A DNA stretch of 64,000 nucleotides from Eledone cirrhosa (Eukaryota): assembly GCA_964016885.1 (NCBI GenBank), contig OZ024741.1:225990001-226054000 (forward strand). The letters are read 5' to 3'. Shown here piece after piece: positions 13,038 to 28,317 of this stretch. The notes below the pieces were generated by a model. That model was not told the DNA's origin. It searched no databases and worked only from the letters and a program-made list of their open reading frames with translations. Numbering within the stretch: the stretch's first letter is position 1; each line of letters starts with the position of its first letter. The position numbers and the translations under genes are program-made.

Positions 13038-16000
13038 CTAGCAGTTTAGCCCGGCGTTGCTCGGGTTTGTTCATTTGCTATGAAAAGTTACATACAGGTA
13101 AACGTTGCTTGAAAGCGAATAAGCTTATCAATTAAGTGCATAAAGCAGTTGAACCGGTTATTAAAAGTTACGAACCAATTAGCATTTTGGACAATTAATG
13201 GTGGGTTAATAATCTTCCAATAGCGAATTTAGTAGACCAAAGTTGCAAGATGATGGCCCGGATGCCGCTGGGTGTCAGATCTCTCCGCCATAGGTGAGCC
13301 TACCAGTTTTCCAGACGGCATAACTCCAACACCTGCACCAACATCTATAGCACCTCTTTGTAGACGATATTGCGTGTCATCCCTTGAGGCGTGTAAGGAC
13401 AAAGTCTATTCTTGCTCCCTATAAGGTTGGCCATGGGAGAAGCATGGCTCAGCCAAATGGATGCCCACCACCGACAATGTTTGCCCTTGTGACTTGTTAA
13501 TGGACATGGCAATACATGGTCTCACCGGGAATTGGGATCGCCGGAAATCGAACGGGATATCTGACGCCGAGGGGAAAAGGTTCATCCTTGGAATGAAAAC
13601 ATTCTCCCCTCTCCCGCACCCCGTAACAATGGTGGCCTCAATCAAGTGGGGCGTCAGTGACTTGACGACCATGCGAGTACCGTTGCACTGCTTTGGTGGA
13701 CGCAAGTTCCTTATTAGCATAATGGGACAGCCAACCCTAAGCTTAAGAATGTGAGGTGGGAGCCCAAGGGAATTTAATAACTCCACCTGATAATTAACGA
13801 TATCGTCGAGGTCTGATGTCCGGTAGATAGATTTGAAGATGTGTTCTTTACCGGGAATCTTCTCAATCAGCTACTCGTTAATAAAATTAACCATTCTATT
13901 TTTCGCAGCAAGGATGGCTCTTTCGCTGAGCCAATCGAGGTTTTTAAAGTTAGAGGAGACATTAGGAAAAGCTGCGTCCCAAATGTCAGAAGGCCTGCTC
14001 ATAATATTGCACAGGGAGTCGATTGCTATGCCGCCCTTGTCATCTGCAGGGACCTTGCCCTCACCAAGTGCTAAAATGTTCTGAGCAAATGCTGCAGACA
14101 TGTTGTCACCCTGCAAATGAGCACGCATATTTGTGCTCAAGTACAAACTCTTAACCTGGATCCACAACATGGGCGACTTAAGGCAGGCACGCACTTCATC
14201 AGCTCTTGTCCCCTTGGGGATGACAGGCAGCGTTTGCTGAAAGTCCCCTGATAGCAGAAGGGTTACGCCACCTATAGGAGCCATAGAATCCCTAATGTCT
14301 TTCAGGGTCCAGTCCAATACCTCAAGGGCACCCGTGTGTGCCATTGTGGACTCATCCCAAACAATGAGGCAACATTTTTTGAGAACCAGAGCTTCGTGAA
14401 CTCTTGCTGATATTGCATGTTGGTGTCTCAGTTTTTACTAAATCCAAGGGGAGTTTAAAGGTAGAATGTGCTGTCCAGCCTCCCGGCAACAAAGTAGCAG
14501 CGATCCTTGACGATGCAACGGCCAACGCAATATTTTTCTCCTGACGAATCTTAGTGAGAATCAATTTCGTTACAAATGTTTTTCCGGTACCCCCAGGAGC
14601 ATCGAAAAAGTAAATACCCCCAGTTTTATTTTGAACCGCGTCAATAATAGATAAATAGGCCAGCCTTTGGTCCGACAGAAGTTTGGGTTCATCTTCCTCT
14701 AAGTATTGGGAAATAGATTCGATGTCATATGCTGTTTCCCGCAACAAATCCGGTGCCAACGTGTTAGCTTCCTCTCTGACGGTTGACGGCAAGCCATACG
14801 TCACCAACTCACTCCCACCCATGTCGAGGAGGGCGTCCTCGATATCAATGAGTGCCCTGTTGTAGATAATGTCGCTGTAACGAACTTCCACTGAAGTCCT
14901 CAGACATGACGTCTCTTTACTTGACCCATAAAGATTCGGGATCACCCAATTCACACTTTTGAAGCAAAATGGCAAACAGTTTCCGTAGATCTTTAGGTGA
15001 TTTCAACAAACCACCCTCTGCTAAAGTGGAATCCCATTGTGAATCATCTTCCAAAAGACCACGCTTAAAGCAGGCTTCCCGGTACGTATCACATATTTCT
15101 CCATCAACAGTTTTGACCTGAAAACTTTGTGGGCCTACAACTTCATGCAGAAGAAGGCGGAGGTGAAAGCTAACTTGGGGCACAGTGTAAACCCTTCCAA
15201 GACAGCTGTCAAATTTTACACCAGGATGTCTTTCAACAGCCTGACATGACTTTCTTCGCACCCAAGTGTTTTTCGACCATATAAAGTAGGATGGAACCTG
15301 GGGGTACATAATTGTTTGCGCAAATGTATCGAACTGGCAAAGTTTGAAGAAACCCGTCAGAGTGGCCTCTTTCGGATCGGCGGCCAATTTGGCGGCGGTT
15401 TGGTCCATAAAGTAAACCCTTTGCCCATTTTCCAAATGTACCGCAAGCTGTACGATGGCGGGGTGCCGTAGGTGTAGGGGTAAATCAAATAGGCTCCAAA
15501 AAGCTTGATTGCTACTGATGTACCACCCCGCCAGGTATTCTGTGACCTCGTCCCTGCTATTTTCAGCTTGAAATGCGAACATTGCGGCACCAGAGCCCTT
15601 ATTTACATATTTGCATATGTATTTTATCGACTTGACGGATTTGAAAACTCAACGTTTATGTGGGCGTTGAACGTCTTCAAGAGAAGCGGGCAGTAAGGGA
15701 CCACCCATCTATTGTCGACTTGACCTCCCTTTACTGTTGTGGTGAAGCCACCGTTCTCGGGCCGTCTCCGCCTGTACAGGGGGTACCCGTCGCCACCAGT
15801 CTGAGTCTGGTCAACAAATTGTTGGGGTATCCCTTACTGCACGCCCCCCCCCCCCTTTCAGACACGTGTGATGCTCATTAGGACCCGACACACACGGACC
15901 ATGTTAGCTTTGACGATGTCATGAAATTCCTGGTCAGTTGCTGGTTTAGGGATTTCAGCCGAAATGAAGCTGTCTATAGCATTTGAATTGATTTTATCAG

Positions 16001-16710
16001 CTAACCAAATCAAAATGTGAGCATATACAGTCCTCGTTTTTGTCATTCGACGGTGAACATGTCACATTTTACAGCCCCAAATACCTGACCCTTTTTGATT
16101 AAAGCCATGAGTTTAGCCAGTTTCAGTCTGAACACTCTGGCAATGAGGTCATGTATGTTCGAATAATTTTGCCCAGGAAAAGGTTCACGAGTTACATTCC
16201 GATTCATATGTCTATACCATTAATCTATTATATGAAGTGTTATATGAAGTGTTATTTGCAATAACCCGATTGAAAATGCCCCAGATAACCCGTATGTCAA
16301 TACGGAACGCTCAATACGGAACGCTCAATACGGAACGCTCCACTGCAGTGTTGTCATATAGGGAGTGAAGAGCGACAGAGAGAGTAAAGCAGTTAAATTA
16401 TAGAGAGAGGGAATATACGGAACGCACCATTTGATCATGCACATTGTTTGTCTCTCTGCAGTGTTGTCATATAGGGAGTGAAGAGCGACAGAGAGAGTAA
16501 AGCAGTTAAGTTATAGAGAGGGGGAATGATCATGATCGATGTTTGCCCTTATTGTTGATGGATTTGAAAATATTTTGCTCCGTGATCTTTTCCTGACCGA
16601 AAGCAATAAATGTCCCGACTTTGAATAGAATCCGTTGGATATTGTGGACGCGAATCCATTGCAAACCTTAACACACACATCCTCAGATTTATATATATAT
16701 ATATATATAT
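13038..16710 (-). mobile_element. Helitron with frameshifted, internally deleted RepHel (HUH Rep + PIF1 helicase)
   Basis: Rep: E*QKRGL..AHILIW (~16010-16055), GYPLYRRR, IKYICKYVNKGS. Helicase: DAPGGTGKT, TAHSTFKLP, GDFQQTLPV, QFPVRPCIAMSINKSQGQT, FSHGQ. 3' hairpin CCCGAGCAACGCCGGG then CTAG|T at 13038; 5' end merges into (TA)n near 16690-16710. Confidence 0.93.
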
Positions 16711-18405
16711 TACAGTGAGAGAATATGCTCCGAAATCATTAGACGTGTCCGTCGAACCTGCGGGTCCAGAATCAGACAGATCCACACAATGATCGCGTCT
16801 CGAGCTGTCCGCCGGGGAAACAATTGTAACACACAATAAATTGAGTTCAGATGCATCACTGATTTTTCGTTTTCTATTCCATCATACTCTGCTCTGTAAG
16901 AGCATAGAGTGCTCAACCGGCATACCGCCTATGGAAGCATCTTAGCTACCATGAGACACACATATATATATATACTTCGTTTGATGGTAAAGGTATATAT
17001 ATATATTTCCTAGTAACCATTTTAAATTTTACTTATGTACGTACGTACATATATACCCACATGAATACTTGCATACATACATACACACATACATACATGA
17101 TTAAATACATACATAAGCATTACCGGTGAAAATTTCACGGATATTTAAAAAAAAAAAAAAAGATTTTTGAAAGTTTTTATAGAGCCATGAAATGCATAAA
17201 TACATTTCAAATTATATGTTTCTAAACGTTTGCTTCTTGAGAGGGTCTAATGACTACTTAGGTCGTATTGGATGTTTTCATAAAGGAACATTATTGAATA
17301 ATATATTCTTTGTTATAAATTAACTACTTGTTCTACTTGAGAGTTGTTATCTCTTATTTTTATCTTTAAATGAAGACTGAAACAATCATACTTATAGGAC
17401 AAAATCGAAGATACAGAGTATCTATAATAACATTCTGCCACGGAAGTATATGTTGGCAAAACTTTAAGAAATACATGACGAAATACATTCTTATTTTATG
17501 TTCGGGAAGTGTGTATATGGCTGGAATTCAGTCTATAGACCCAGCCATCGGAAGTAGTAATTGCCCCACTGACTAAGATAGCCTAAAATTACATATCTGT
17601 AATAAATCTACATTTGAAATATTTATTCATCAGTCGAATAATACAAATGACAGTGTTATTTACAATGTTATCGCTATTTACGCGAAGATGCGTTCGTGAA
17701 CGCGACACGTAAAGCAGATTCGCGTAATTCAAGTCTAATTTTCTGATAAATAAAAAAAACTAAAACCACACGCATTATTCCCGCTAAGTGAATATCTAAT
17801 TATATTTTTTCAAGAGGCGTTAAAACGAGTTACATACTGATCCGGGATTTTTTAGTAGATCCTGGTTTTTCTACTACTTTAATCCTAAGGTTCGTTTATT
17901 TCCCTAAAATTCTTATAAAACGATATACTACTTCGCCTCAACGGACACGACAGTATATACGTGCAAGAAAGAAAAGTAAAACTCCACCAATGCGTTCCCC
18001 CATTCCGTTTTCGGAAAATAAGTCGACAGCGATCTTGTTGGAGGTCAGATTAGATGAAAATACAACAAACCTTTATTATTATAAATTTTATTTAGTGTTA
18101 TTATTAGTGGTTAATATTCAAACAAACTTGCTTTTTATAAGGATATGGAGTATACATATATACTATATATACATATATATCAATAGGTTAGAATTATATG
18201 ACAGTTACCAACGAAATACCTACAGCGATTGTGTAACAAATAATTAGGATAAAATCTAACCTACTGACTTCTACTTTATTGCTATGCCAATATTTCAGGG
18301 TTCACCGACCTACACGTATATGTCGTTGAGTGCTATACGCTGCTTACACTATGCTCAGTTGATTAACCTATACATAATATAGCAAGTATAAAGGTATACA
18401 CACAC

Positions 18406-18487
<82 letters not shown>

Positions 18488-18849
18488 ATGAAACATTATA
18501 TGTGTGTGAGAGAGAGTGGTGTATTATTACGGGGATATTCTCCATTATGACTCCCATATATACTTCCATATACACCGTTATGTCTTGCTGATTGCTATGA
18601 CTTGATATATTAAACTCAGCAAATTCTTGAATTAGGTCGTGCAAAGTAAATGAAAACCTAAGCTAATTCCAGTGGTCTTTGATATTCGATATTAATCGTT
18701 ACGGAGATATTTCGGGAAAGCGATTACTGGCAGATCAGGGGATATTATCATTAGTTTCGTTATATGTGGGCGTATTAAGGTATATATATATATGTATGTA
18801 TAAATACATATACGTATATATATATATATATTTATATAAATACATATAC

Positions 18850-18905
<56 letters not shown>

Positions 18906-19356
18906 TTCGTTTTGAATTTGCTTTGCAAGATTTCTTATATGAAAGCGTGTGTTGAGACAGATAGAACAAGCAACCAGCAAGAGACAAGTAAATAAACACA
19001 AATAGATGAAAACACACACACCCGGATGTAACGCATTTGCAGACCAAGTTCACACCACACAACACACACAAACAAGATGGTGCAGTACATTAAATAAGTA
19101 CAAGAAATAAGTCAATGGGGAGGTCACAGTCTGTGTGACAAATGATCTTTGACAATATATAAACAACCATCCGGTTATTGAACAAACCAAGTAGAAATTT
19201 ATAAATTGAAGTGAATAACTCAACTTTGTTGTTATTAATTTCATTGTTAAATTAATACCTAATATATATATATAGAAGTGGTTACACAACAGTTAGTTCA
19301 CCATATCGAGAACAATTGTTTCACCTGAGCGGATCCTCAGCTCGTAATATATATTA

Positions 19357-19436
<80 letters not shown>

Positions 19437-19439
19437 TGC

Positions 19440-19735
19440 ACTTGTGATCGGGAGGTTGTGAGTTTGATTCCCAAACCGGGTGATCATTTTATCCTCGAGC
19501 AAGACACTTCTATTACGTTGTTCCAGTTTACTCAGCTGTATAAAGCCGTTGCGATGTCACTGGTGGCAACGTGTATCAGCCTTTCCCTTTCCCTCGTACA
19601 ACATCGGTGGCGTGGAGGGAGTGATTGTTATACATGGGTGACTGCTGGTCTTCCACAAGCAATGTTGCCCAGAGAGGGACTTTCTAGGTACAAATCCCAT
19701 GATCATTCCAGACCGAAGAGGGCCTTTACCGCTAC
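19440..19735 (+). mobile_element. Second tRNA-derived SINE (CORE-like body); related copies ~22255-22440, ~37400-37620, ~50730-50935, ~56690-57030 (minus)
   Basis: B-box-like GAGTTTGATTCCC followed by TCCTCGAGCAAGACACTT..ACTCAGCTGTATAAA; 3' part shared with 22320-22440. Confidence 0.65.
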
Positions 19736-20008
19736 CCAACAGCCCGGTTACGTACATATCTGCACATATTACGTGATTTTCTGAACTTTGAGGATCTACA
19801 TCTGCATTTGGGAAGATTTCGTCCAGGAGATGAGAATTTTACCTTCCCCTCTACCTAAACACCGCCACCGTATCTGTTAATAACTAGATGTGTGCACTCT
19901 GAACGGCTGATTGCAACCGCATTATTGCAATTCAGCAGAATCATTGAGTGAGCTAGATGCTGGCCGGGGACTGTTGAATCAATACCAGCGATCTTCTTTC
20001 ATTTTATA

Positions 20009-20052
<44 letters not shown>

Positions 20053-20274
20053 ACTTTTGTGTGTGCATGTGAGTGCATATGACTATTAGCTTATTTTACT
20101 CTCCGTCTGTTTCCCTAAAAGCTGTTCGTGCACAACGAATGTTTGGACGTCCCTTGGTGGTTTGAGATTTATAGATAGATATACATATATAGAAGATGAG
20201 AGTACTATACATAGATAGGTTGCAAAATGTAAAGAGGTAGATCGTTAGAGATGTGGATAGATAGCCAACGCGAA

Positions 20275-20356
<82 letters not shown>

Positions 20357-20373
20357 ATACACACATACATATA

Positions 20374-20404
<31 letters not shown>

Positions 20405-21259
20405 TTGCTGAACTCCTTACATATACATATATATATATATATATCTTTGCTGAATTCCATACATTTTGTTCGTTTTTTTCGGAATGTTTTTGACTGCTGT
20501 TTCTTGTAAATAGATATTCGTCTCATTCTGACGTTACCAGCCATGTCTCTCCATGTCTATCCATGTGTTTAAATTCCCTTTTTGGCATATTCTGGCCGTT
20601 GACCCTTAGGGTTATCGTGTTTGAGCTCTACTAATGAACGACTCCAACCGTGACTAATCCCACTGAAAAGTTTCGTGAAATAGTCTTTTTAAGACTATAC
20701 AGAGCATTTGTAGTTTTTCCAAATTGAAGGGTGAGTATTTAAGCTTTATTTATTCTTATTGGTTTTTCCCTGGATTTCACAAAATCTGTGGATAAAATCT
20801 CTGTCTTGGTTTTTTTTAAAATTGAGTTTGAATTATTTTCCCATATCTTACGTTAATTATTTTCCATTTTGACGTTATAGTCACTTATGTATTATGAAAT
20901 ACTGTTGGCTTCTTGCTCACAATAATTTCTATATTTTCATTTATATATATATATACAAAAATGGTTCATAAATATATCGATTAATAGGTATTTCAATAAA
21001 TCGATACCTAAATTGATGTATTGATTAATGGATCTACAGATTTGTAGATCGATAGATATGAATATAGAAAGTGTAAAATCGCACCCCAAATAGATAACTA
21101 TATAGTTAGGCTACATAGTGAGTTTTGTTACTCTTGCTTATCACGGGGTCATCAGTCAAGAACTAGAATTCAATAGCAGAGACAGTACTAATAAGGACCT
21201 TGAAATAATTAATATTTGAATTTTACTTCGGTATTGTGTACTCTTTTCTCTCAGTCGTC

Positions 21260-21421
<162 letters not shown>

Positions 21422-21572
21422 ACATATATATATATATATTAGAATTAGCCGTCGAAACGGCTTGAGCTCAGCCGTCGGGGTCCTACTCGTTCCTATTACC
21501 CACTCTACTACCCTAAGTATTGAGTACTTTGGTGCGTTATGGTCCACCTGGTTCCTTACCACATTTCCTTCG

Positions 21573-21623
<51 letters not shown>

Positions 21624-22789
21624 TAACAGATTAAAGTTTAAGCAAAGAATCGCTGCTTTCACCCTTAACGGGATCTTCTGAAACTAGAAAAATCAGTCTG
21701 TGAACGCAGAAGTAAATATATTTCGAAAAACGTTGCAACCGAAGGAAGACAGGAAGACGATACTTTGGTTGGTGGAAATGTTCACTGGCAAAGGACGGGA
21801 AAAATCGGAGATAATACGTCATTTTTTGGAGCGGTGAAAACACTTACACGCAAAGACACAACCACGTTTATGGTATAAATGAAGTCGTAGACTAATATTT
21901 TATTAGGTAGTTCGTGGAGATGTTCTCTGGCAATGAACGGAAAAAACAAAGATAATATTCAATATGTGGAGCGATGAGAACAATTATACGCAAAGACAAA
22001 ACCACGTTTATGGTATAACTGAAGTCGTAGACTAAAATTCTATTTAGGAAACCGAATGATTCTCGGCTTCAGAGTTAAGAATAATGTAAATAAATTACAG
22101 ATGCGCGCATCTATATACGTACATACACATGCATTGGCGAAAACACCCGCCATGGGTATTCAAATACAAGCACTTACACACACAAAAAAACACGCACGCC
22201 ATGTACCCGCACACATACGAACGTATACACCAAATACACCAAATATAGTTTCCTCGGTTGTGGAAATAAATTGCGTCGTCCCTGGTTCCAAGTTGAATCG
22301 GGCTTTGCCTTTCCATTAAACAACATCGGCGGCATGGCGGAAGGAGACTAGTATACATGGTCAACTGCCGGTCTTCCACAATAAATATTTCCCAGACTTT
22401 TGCCTCGAAAGCGAACTTTATAGGTGCAAGTCCCAAAGTGATATACGTTGTTTCCGTGGAAAGGGTGCAGAGTGGGTGTGCGTTTTCGAAGCTAATGTTA
22501 TTGAGGTGCACATTAACCAGCGATTGTCTGTATATCGATATTTTGTCTCCTTGAAACGATTTTACCATAGATTAAGTAGCAACTTCACCTTGTCTTAGTC
22601 CTTCGTTTAACTTTATGTATCTGAATCTGTAAATGTTAGACGATATATATAGGGATATCATTATTCCACAATAAACAGATTTCCCTTTGATTCGATGTGA
22701 TAGGACATCAACGCTACACTGAGTACTAAAATGGTTATAAATCCTACCTTGTTTAGGTAGAACACAAATGTTTGTGTGTTAAGATAATA

Positions 22790-23170
22790 CATTTGGGGAA
22801 ATCCTGCAACAGGCAGAGTCCAGTGGCGAAATCGGATTGTTACCAGTGTTAAGGAATTTGAACGAGTATACATGTCAAAGTTTGGGCTTATAAGCTATAG
22901 CAGACGTCATACACTTGGAAATAACACATTTTACTACACCATACACCTTGATTTTGCATGTGCCATCTGTATCAAAGCATGCCGACCCGAACAAATCCAA
23001 GTAGGTGGGAAATTTACCTGCACGCTGTGTAATATGACACATAAGTCACATTCTGGTTTGATAAGCCATCTAAGGTAACAACAACGAGAGCAACATCAAC
23101 AACACGCTTTCTTCCAGTGCCTGCATCCATTTTCTAAGTGGCCGTACTCGCACGACGCGGGTTGTGATTA
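22790..23170 (+). mobile_element. RTE-like LINE 3' end with C2H2 zinc-finger remnants
   Basis: SKFGLISYSRRH, CAICIKAC, FTCTLCNMTHKSHSGLISHLR*, then GTGGCCGTACTCG as in the copies at 43317 and 59237. Confidence 0.65.
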
Positions 23171-23176
23171 TGCCTC

Positions 23177-23244
<68 letters not shown>

Positions 23245-23267
23245 GTATATATATATGTATATATATA

Positions 23268-24127
23268 GGAACAAGTATGACCCCGACGGCAGAGCTCAAG
23301 TCGTTTCGACGGCTATTTCTGGACTAAATAAGAATGTTTAGCCTGGTAAATAAATAGCCAAACTTCTTAAGGGGAATTTCCTTATATGGGAAGATAGTAA
23401 TTGTCAAGATGATTGGTTAAAATTTGTTATAAAGACAGATAAATCTATCATGGCATTTGGTGGGTGGTAGGGGGTGGCTGAACTTGCCGGTTGAACAAAG
23501 AGTGTATGTGGAAAGCCAGTCAGGCGTTGAAAGTGAAATCTATACAGCAGATTCTAAAAGGATAGTGTATAAAAGGTCGAAGAATTGTACTGGAGTACAG
23601 GAGGGGGGGGGTGAAAGAATAGGTAGGTCGAAAGGGAGTAAAATAAAACTATTTATACAAATAAATATATAAAGACAATATTGATAGTGAGAAATGAAAA
23701 AAGAACAAAAAAAACAGCTGCTAAAAATTAGTAGGTATTGCTAAGCTATAGAAAAGGTTAATAAGTAGAGATTGGGAAAACACGAGAATGTAGTTGGTAG
23801 AGAAAAAAATGTTTAAAGCCGGCTATAAATAGTTAGTAAGGCGTAAACAGCCAATACTATCTTACGATGACAGGTTAATAAGTTGAGAACAAAAATACTA
23901 AGTAAGGAATTTAGAAATTGTAGAAATGGAGTAGTAACAAAAATGAAACAATTATCTGTCTTTATAACAAATTTTAACCAATCATCTTGACAATTACTAT
24001 CTTCCCATATAAGGAAATTCCCCTTGAGAAGTTTGGCTATTTATTTACTAGGCTAAACATTCTTATTTAGTCCAGAAATAGCCGTCGAAACGGCTTGAAC
24101 TCTGCCGTCGGGGTAATACTTGTTCCT
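23268..24127. mobile_element. Inverted repeats (~175 bp) around a ~500-bp purine-rich spacer; probable PLE 3' region with inverted terminal repeat
   Basis: 23268-23445 is the reverse complement of ~23950-24127; hammerhead-like TTGAGAA-GTTTGGCTATTT..AAATAGCCGTC-GAAA-CGGC-TT with poor stem I. Confidence 0.7.
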
Positions 24128-24150
24128 ATATATATACATATATATATACG

Positions 24151-24291
<141 letters not shown>

Positions 24292-24310
24292 GGTTATGCA
24301 CGAGTGAATA

Positions 24311-24426
24311 ATCTCTGATGATATGGGATCGATTGTGCATTGGATATCGAATGCTCTACTAAATATATAATATTATGGATGTAGCGCGATCTAGGCAAAT
24401 AGATGTCTATTGAAACGTACGTAAGA
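24311..24426 (+). ncRNA. Type-I hammerhead motif with long stem II
   Basis: TCT-CTGATGA-(~90 nt)-GAAA-CGTACG-TA-AGA, between (TA)n tracts. Confidence 0.65.
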
Positions 24427-24480
24427 ACCGAATAAATCTCTTTTACTGCATCTTTCTGTTCTTTTTAATTATTTATATAG

Positions 24481-24543
<63 letters not shown>

Positions 24544-25079
24544 TATGTCCGACTTTGAGCATACCTAGATAGAAATTCAGATGTACTTCAATGGCCCGTA
24601 ACACTTATCAAATCACTGGGTTGGTAATATCGCTCTGCTGACTGTTAAAGTGATATTCAATTTTCAAGATGGTGGATACGTAACAAGGAACCTACCGTTT
24701 AAAGTGTAGATCATTCATGAACTTCCTTGATACTACTAACCTCCATAGCTACAAATACTTCACAAGATATATACATAGCAGTATTTGGGAAATAAAACGA
24801 TCAATGATGTTTCTTGCGTAGAGAAATATCTTATTTCACGGTTTGGTGAAGGTAGTTACATCACTGTTTCATTCGAAAGTCTAAACAACGTTGGCAAGGC
24901 CAACTAATCATGATGCTTCTACAGGATTACACAATTTACTAGAAATAGCAGTGATATCACTTCAAAATAACAACTTAAGCCCATATTAAAAATGTATAAA
25001 AGTTGATGTCAACCAAGCTACACGAAGCTATGAGAAAATTCGATACGAATATAAGTATATATATAGTGCTGAAACACAT

Positions 25080-25270
25080 TTTCCAGAGGGTCTTATCAGA
25101 AGCAACCGTTTTCAAATGATCCGACTGAATCCCCAAGTGAGATCAGCCGAGCTCATGGATGCTATGCAACCATTTTGCACGAGGTCTTCCACTGGGTCTC
25201 CTATCAATTGGATTTGCCCGTAAAGTCTGTCCAGCGATTCTTTCCAGAAACATGTTAACCACATACTCAT
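25080..25270 (-). mobile_element. Degenerate RTE-like RT C-terminal remnant
   Basis: Minus frame ..RRPSGRPRAKWLHSIHEL..DKTLWK. Confidence 0.5.
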
Positions 25271-25342
<72 letters not shown>

Positions 25343-25358
25343 TCTCTCTCTCTCTCTT

Positions 25359-25478
<120 letters not shown>

Positions 25479-25616
25479 GATAAATCTACCAAAAGTTTAC
25501 GGTAGTGTCCAATCCGTATGAAGAACTCAATGTAATCCGGATATCATGAAAAGAGAAGATGCATTCAAAAACTACTTTCGGTGAAAAATAAACGGAAAAC
25601 AGAGTCAAGATAAATT

Positions 25617-25982
25617 AATAAAATAATGAATAAACAAAGAAACAGTTCCTTATATTAAAAAAATTCATCATTTTACGATCGTTTCTAGGATATATATGTG
25701 TTAGAGTTGGTATGCATATTCTATAGATCTATGTACAATATTTATACAAACTATCAGAGGGAATATACATACCTACACATATATATGTTGTTTTCAGAAA
25801 TTTCTGAAGACAACATATATATGTGTAGGTATGTATATTCCCTCTGATAGTTTGTATAAATATTGTACATAGATCTATAGAATATGCATACCAACTCTAA
25901 CACATATATATCCTAGAAACGATCGTAAAATGATGAATTTTTTTAATATAAGGAACTGTTGCTTTGTTTATTCATTATTTTA

Positions 25983-25987
<5 letters not shown>
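25617..25987. mobile_element. Near-perfect fold-back with apex CAGAAATTTCTG; hammerhead at 25800-25931 (+)
   Basis: ATTT-CTGAAGA-long stem II (ATATATGTG..CACATATAT)-GAAA-CGATCG-TA-AAAT; remnant of the family at ~61205-61290. Confidence 0.8.
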
Positions 25988-26064
<77 letters not shown>

Positions 26065-26536
26065 TATATATATATACATACAAATATGTGTGTACAGGGA
26101 TCTACCTGTGTATAGTACAACCAATACAATTTTTAGAACTCCATCTAGTCCTGAAAATGATTCCAATGAGATCAGGTGATGAGATTTACTGTTATTGTTA
26201 TAGCATTCTAATAGAGCTACAGAGTCATATAGTCAATCGGACTGGAAAATGTGCTTTAAAATTTTAATTCCGTGAAATCAATATACATATTTCGATGGCC
26301 CAGCTCCATCATCCAAATATAATGCAAGACAGGACAATATCATGAAGCAAATTCGCTAGAATTACATAACAGGGTTATGTTGAACCCATACTTATCATGG
26401 AAGATAGGGAAAAGAGAATAGGAAATTGAAAATTGAAAATTCGATTCCGGGACTTCCTGTAAAAACCGTTGTATTGGTAGGAGGTAGTCTAGATTTTCTA
26501 TAGTTAGAACCACACACACACACACACACACGGGCA

Positions 26537-26567
<31 letters not shown>

Positions 26568-27094
26568 GTGTGTGGGGGGGGGGGGTATGTGTATATTTTA
26601 TATATATATATAAACACAGCACACATACACACACACACCCATATATATATATATATACGTGTGCGTTTGTTTGTATGTATGTATATGTCTATGTACGTAG
26701 CGTTCAATATAGCTAACTGTATGGTCTCATTGTCTGACCAGACCACACGGCAAACAGCCTTGTTATGAAAAAACCGTTTGATAACATTTACTGAGAACAC
26801 TCATTGGTTTTCAGAAAGTCAACTTTGATCGATAATCTCATTAATATGGTGTTGGAAGTGAGCGTGGCGAGAGAGAAGGAAGAAATAGGTACTGGGTAAG
26901 TACGGAAGGGAGCAAATCTGGCTGGAAGCTATTTTAGAAGGAGGTGTTAGTGTTTCTGGTGGTGGTAGAAACGATGCTTGTATAAAATGTAGTGAGATTT
27001 TATTGATTTTAGAAAGTGTACAGAAACGCCGTTTTGGTTCTTGGTAGTTGTTATTTGTCTTTACATATAAAAATAAACTATTATACGAACTGAC

Positions 27095-27425
27095 AAACAC
27101 CGAGAGATAAAAATGGAGAGACGTATTCAATAAAAAAAACAACAACATTGAAACACAGAGAAACACGCACACACACACGCACACATACCACACACATAGG
27201 CACAGAGAAACACGCAGACACACACACACAAACACCGACAGATAAAAATGGAGAGACGTATTCAATAAAAAAAACAACAACATTGAAACACAGAGAAACA
27301 CGCACACACACACGCACACATACCACACACATAGGCACAGAGAAACACGCACACACACACACACAAACACCGACAGATAAAAATGGAGAGACGCATTCAA
27401 TAAAAAAACAACATTGAAACACATA

Positions 27426-27430
<5 letters not shown>
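27095..27430 (+). repeat. Tandem repeat, ~135-bp unit, ~2.5 copies
   Basis: AAACACCGAcAGATAAAAATGGAGAGACG at ~27095, 27230 and 27365. Confidence 0.9.
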
Positions 27431-27487
<57 letters not shown>

Positions 27488-27594
27488 CGCAGATACACAC
27501 ACGCACGCACACACACACATACTTTTTTCTCATTATCCACGTTCCTTCCTCTCATCACTCTTTACTTTCTATTTATCATCTATTTCTAACTCTA

Positions 27595-27630
27595 TCTTCT
27601 GATCAAGGACTATTGTCCGAAATGTTAAGA
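27595..27630 (+). ncRNA. Degenerate hammerhead (family of 56541-56576)
   Basis: TCTT-CTGATCA-aGGACtattGTCC-GAAA-TG-TT-AAGA; G8 mutated. Confidence 0.55.
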
Positions 27631-27729
27631 CTCCCTTCCTGGTATTTCAAGCGTTAAACTAATATATTTATACCATGTACTGTGCCGTTTGTTTTGTTAA
27701 TTTTGTCATTTCTGTTCACCTTTTACATT

Positions 27730-27823
<94 letters not shown>

Positions 27824-27826
<3 letters not shown>

Positions 27827-28267
27827 TAGGATTGGTGTTCTAAAATAGCGATGTATACATGAATGTATATATAGTATATTTGGCAATATACCGTATGTTT
27901 AATTAAAAACATTTTGAAGACCATACCCTATCGGTTTTAAAGTAGTGACTATGTCACTTACTTCTTTTCGGCAAAAGAAGGGAGAGCAGTTAACAATCTG
28001 GTTCAGGCTGTGTGACGATCATCAGAGCCACGCACTCACTGCTTCCGCCGCAAATTATAGAAGCTGGATTCTTATAGAGCTCCAGTAATAATCAGGAGCT
28101 GATTATACAGAGCGATTGACGGTCCAGGAAAAATTAGGTATTAGGATTGGTGCTCTGAAATAGCGATCTATACATGAATCTATGTATAGTATATTTGGCA
28201 ATATACCGTGTTTAATTAAAAACCATTTTGAAACCATACACTATCGGTTTTAAAGAAGTGACTATGT
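27824..28267 (+). repeat. ~130-bp direct repeats (27824-27955 / 28138-28267) around a spacer; related reverse copy ~62455-62555
   Basis: TATTAGGATTGGTG..GTGACTATGT present twice. Confidence 0.8.
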
Positions 28268-28317
28268 TCGTTCGTCAGACAAAATAATTAACACACACAC
28301 ACACATATATATATATA

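Noticed and set aside
13406-14975. Host PIF1 helicase gene
   Set aside because: Intronless, frameshifted, joined to Rep motifs and bounded by Helitron termini.
21620-21690. Hammerhead-like CAGAAGA-TCCC..GGGT-GAAA on the minus strand (family also ~40225, 41830, 61510)
   Set aside because: U4 is altered and there is no convincing UH or stem I; kept only as a TA-associated repeat.
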